A DNA stretch of 64,000 nucleotides from Entomortierella parvispora E1425 (taxonomy: Eukaryota > Fungi > Mortierellomycota). Positions 62,171-64,000 of this stretch are shown here, in pieces. Every line of letters starts with the position of its first letter. Within the stretch, counting starts at the first letter, position 1. The stretch is taken from NCBI GenBank assembly GCA_020891255.1, contig BQFW01000005.1, positions 372,001 to 436,000 on the forward strand, written 5' to 3'. The position numbers were made by a program, and so were the translations under genes. Under the pieces are notes generated by a model. The model was not told where the DNA came from. It did no database searches and was given only the letters and a program-made list of their open reading frames with translations.

Positions 62171-64000
62171 ATGATACACACCATGCAAGCCGCAGACGCT
62201 GCCTCTCTACTGGAAAATTCCAAGGCGGTCCTAAGCAATTGTTGCAACATCCTACTCCTAGGCGAGACACAAGCTGGCAAGAGTACCATTATCCAAGCAA
62301 TTTGCCAATATGCCAACCCCGAGCACCAAGTGAAGCGGGAGGCCATCGGTGACGGGTTCAATTCATGCACGAGCCACGTTGATCGTTATCCTATCATCAC
62401 CAATCTGCCCTCGTACAAGACGGTTGATAGAAATGAGACGAACTCTCCTTCGGCGGCACACAAGGATCCATCTGTCAGCAGCTTCAAAGACTATGACATG
62501 GCACTCAATCAATACCAATGGCCCGACGGTCCTTATGAACTCGAGCTGGATACAGCCGACAAACAACAGACTCGGTTCAACTTGTACGATACTCCAGGTC
62601 TCAATGACAGCAATGACAATGATGAGCTTCACGCCGCGAATATCTTTGATGCGGTGAAGAGGGCCGGCAATATCCACTTGGTCCTCATCGTGGTGGGACA
62701 AGGACCCTGTAGTCGAGGGTTACAAGACGCCATCCGATGCTATCTCGATATTTTCCCTCAGTTTCAAGATATCATGGCCATTGTGCACACGAAAACCGAC
62801 TACAAACTTTTGCATCCTCAGGATCCTACGGGGTTTGCAAAGAACAAGATGGCAAAGACCAAAAGGCTCCATGAGATTATCGGACGCGACAACTTCCCTA
62901 ATTTTTGGATCAATTGCGAGCTCCACTGCAGCAAACCGGTTCCCAGATGTATCACCCAGAATACGATCCACGCTATCCTTAGGACCGCCATGATAAACCT
63001 ACCTATTTCGCTGGAGGCGGCCTTGATCCACAAGACGCCGGCAATGATACGCATGGACGGTTTGATTGAAAGTAGATACATGGATCTGTTCAATTCCATG
63101 GAGGACACTCTCCATCACATGGACGAGTATCAAGTCAGTTTGATGACAGATATGATAAAAAAGATGGATGAAATCGCAAAGAACGAGTCCGATCAGAGAA
63201 ATGTCAAGGCCCTCATCAAAGCCCAAGAAACGGACGAAACGGAGCTGATGGACGAGCTCTTGTATACCGATGAGTGGGGGCACTTCCGTTTCAATCTCCC
63301 CGGCACAATAAGTCTGAGGGAGCAGGATTCCAAGATCGACGTGTTGCATGTATTCCATCCTGGATTTATTCTGGAAAACGAAAAGGGGGGCGAAGGTTCA
63401 AGAACGTGGTCTGCTCGATACCAGAGAAGAAGCTTCACAAATGGCGTTTTGCTCGTCCGGTGCTACATCAAAAAGAGGAACAAGTACAAGCAACAGATCA
63501 AGGACTCTAAGGAAAAGTTGCGAGACCTGGAAGAGGAGCACTACCGGTTGCAAGCATCGCGGGAGGAGAAAGCCGGAGCATCTAAAAAGGTTCAGGCGCA
63601 AGTAGACGACCTGATGGAGAAGAACAGCTTATTCACCCGGATTGTAGAGATTATCAGAGAGGACCAAATGAGGCCAGATCTTTTTCGTGCTCTTGCCGAA
63701 GCAGGGGCATACCAAGGTATTAGTCCTGCCGACAATATCCATAAGGTTATGGATATTCTCACTGAGTTCCTTAGCAGGCCAGATATCAGTGCGCCCTTCA
63801 GAGACAATGGCGATGTCGTTCCCCAGACTACCGAAGAAGGACCAAAGTTGAACTATATGGAAGCCGCCAAGTCGGACGTTTGTGATGATGGAGACGCTAT
63901 TTGCGAGGTCATTGGAGATCTTGCCTTGTCATTGCCGGACCCAATCGCTGCTTCGACCTCGAGCGACTGGGTTGACGAAGATGTTGGTCATCAGGTTGCC
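62171..64000 (+). CDS. Copy 3 of tandem GTPase family; open frame runs off the window end (absent from the ORF track because there is no stop)
   Basis: Manual translation from ATG 62171/62183 gives ILLLGETQAGKST, YDTPGLND and VHTKTD, with no stop through 64000. Confidence 0.8.
   Translation, partial: MIHTMQAADAASLLENSKAVLSNCCNILLLGETQAGKSTIIQAICQYANPEHQVKREAIGDGFNSCTSHVDRYPIITNLPSYKTVDRNETNSPSAAHKDPSVSSFKDYDMALNQYQWPDGPYELELDTADKQQTRFNLYDTPGLNDSNDNDELHAANIFDAVKRAGNIHLVLIVVGQGPCSRGLQDAIRCYLDIFPQFQDIMAIVHTKTDYKLLHPQDPTGFAKNKMAKTKRLHEIIGRDNFPNFWINCELHCSKPVPRCITQNTIHAILRTAMINLPISLEAALIHKTPAMIRMDGLIESRYMDLFNSMEDTLHHMDEYQVSLMTDMIKKMDEIAKNESDQRNVKALIKAQETDETELMDELLYTDEWGHFRFNLPGTISLREQDSKIDVLHVFHPGFILENEKGGEGSRTWSARYQRRSFTNGVLLVRCYIKKRNKYKQQIKDSKEKLRDLEEEHYRLQASREEKAGASKKVQAQVDDLMEKNSLFTRIVEIIREDQMRPDLFRALAEAGAYQGISPADNIHKVMDILTEFLSRPDISAPFRDNGDVVPQTTEEGPKLNYMEAAKSDVCDDGDAICEVIGDLALSLPDPIAASTSSDWVDEDVGHQVA

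Noticed and set aside
1-64000. Transposons, tRNA, rRNA
   Set aside because: No transposase/RT ORF, terminal repeats, cloverleaf motifs or rRNA signatures were found by eye. Short or degenerate elements could have been missed.

Overview
Intron-rich eukaryotic DNA from a fungus. Gene content, GT-AG introns and the expanded TRP-like and GTPase families suggest an early-diverging lineage such as Mortierellaceae (inference). About 21 genes are supported. Housekeeping genes: CLC antiporter, RPS21, ADE1, insulysin/Ste23, Loc1-like, Srk1/Rck2-like kinase, BiP and a PAQR. Lipid-catabolic genes: two acyl-CoA oxidases, SCOT and an SDR. Two RING E3 ligases, a large WD40-TRP-like channel and a DH-like protein are also present. 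The two most unusual elements are (1) a full-length eEF2 paralog in which G1, switch I, G3 and G4 are all degenerate while the diphthamide loop (DAIHRGGGQIIP) is intact, and (2) a tandem array of three intronless P-loop GTPase/coiled-coil genes (one pseudogene, one intact, one running off the window end) with mosaic divergence. Also noted: dense GATC clusters in the first introns of RPS21 and BiP, and PTS2 signals on both acyl-CoA oxidases. No tRNA, rRNA, CRISPR or transposon could be supported. Exon boundaries were read by eye and no database searches were run.
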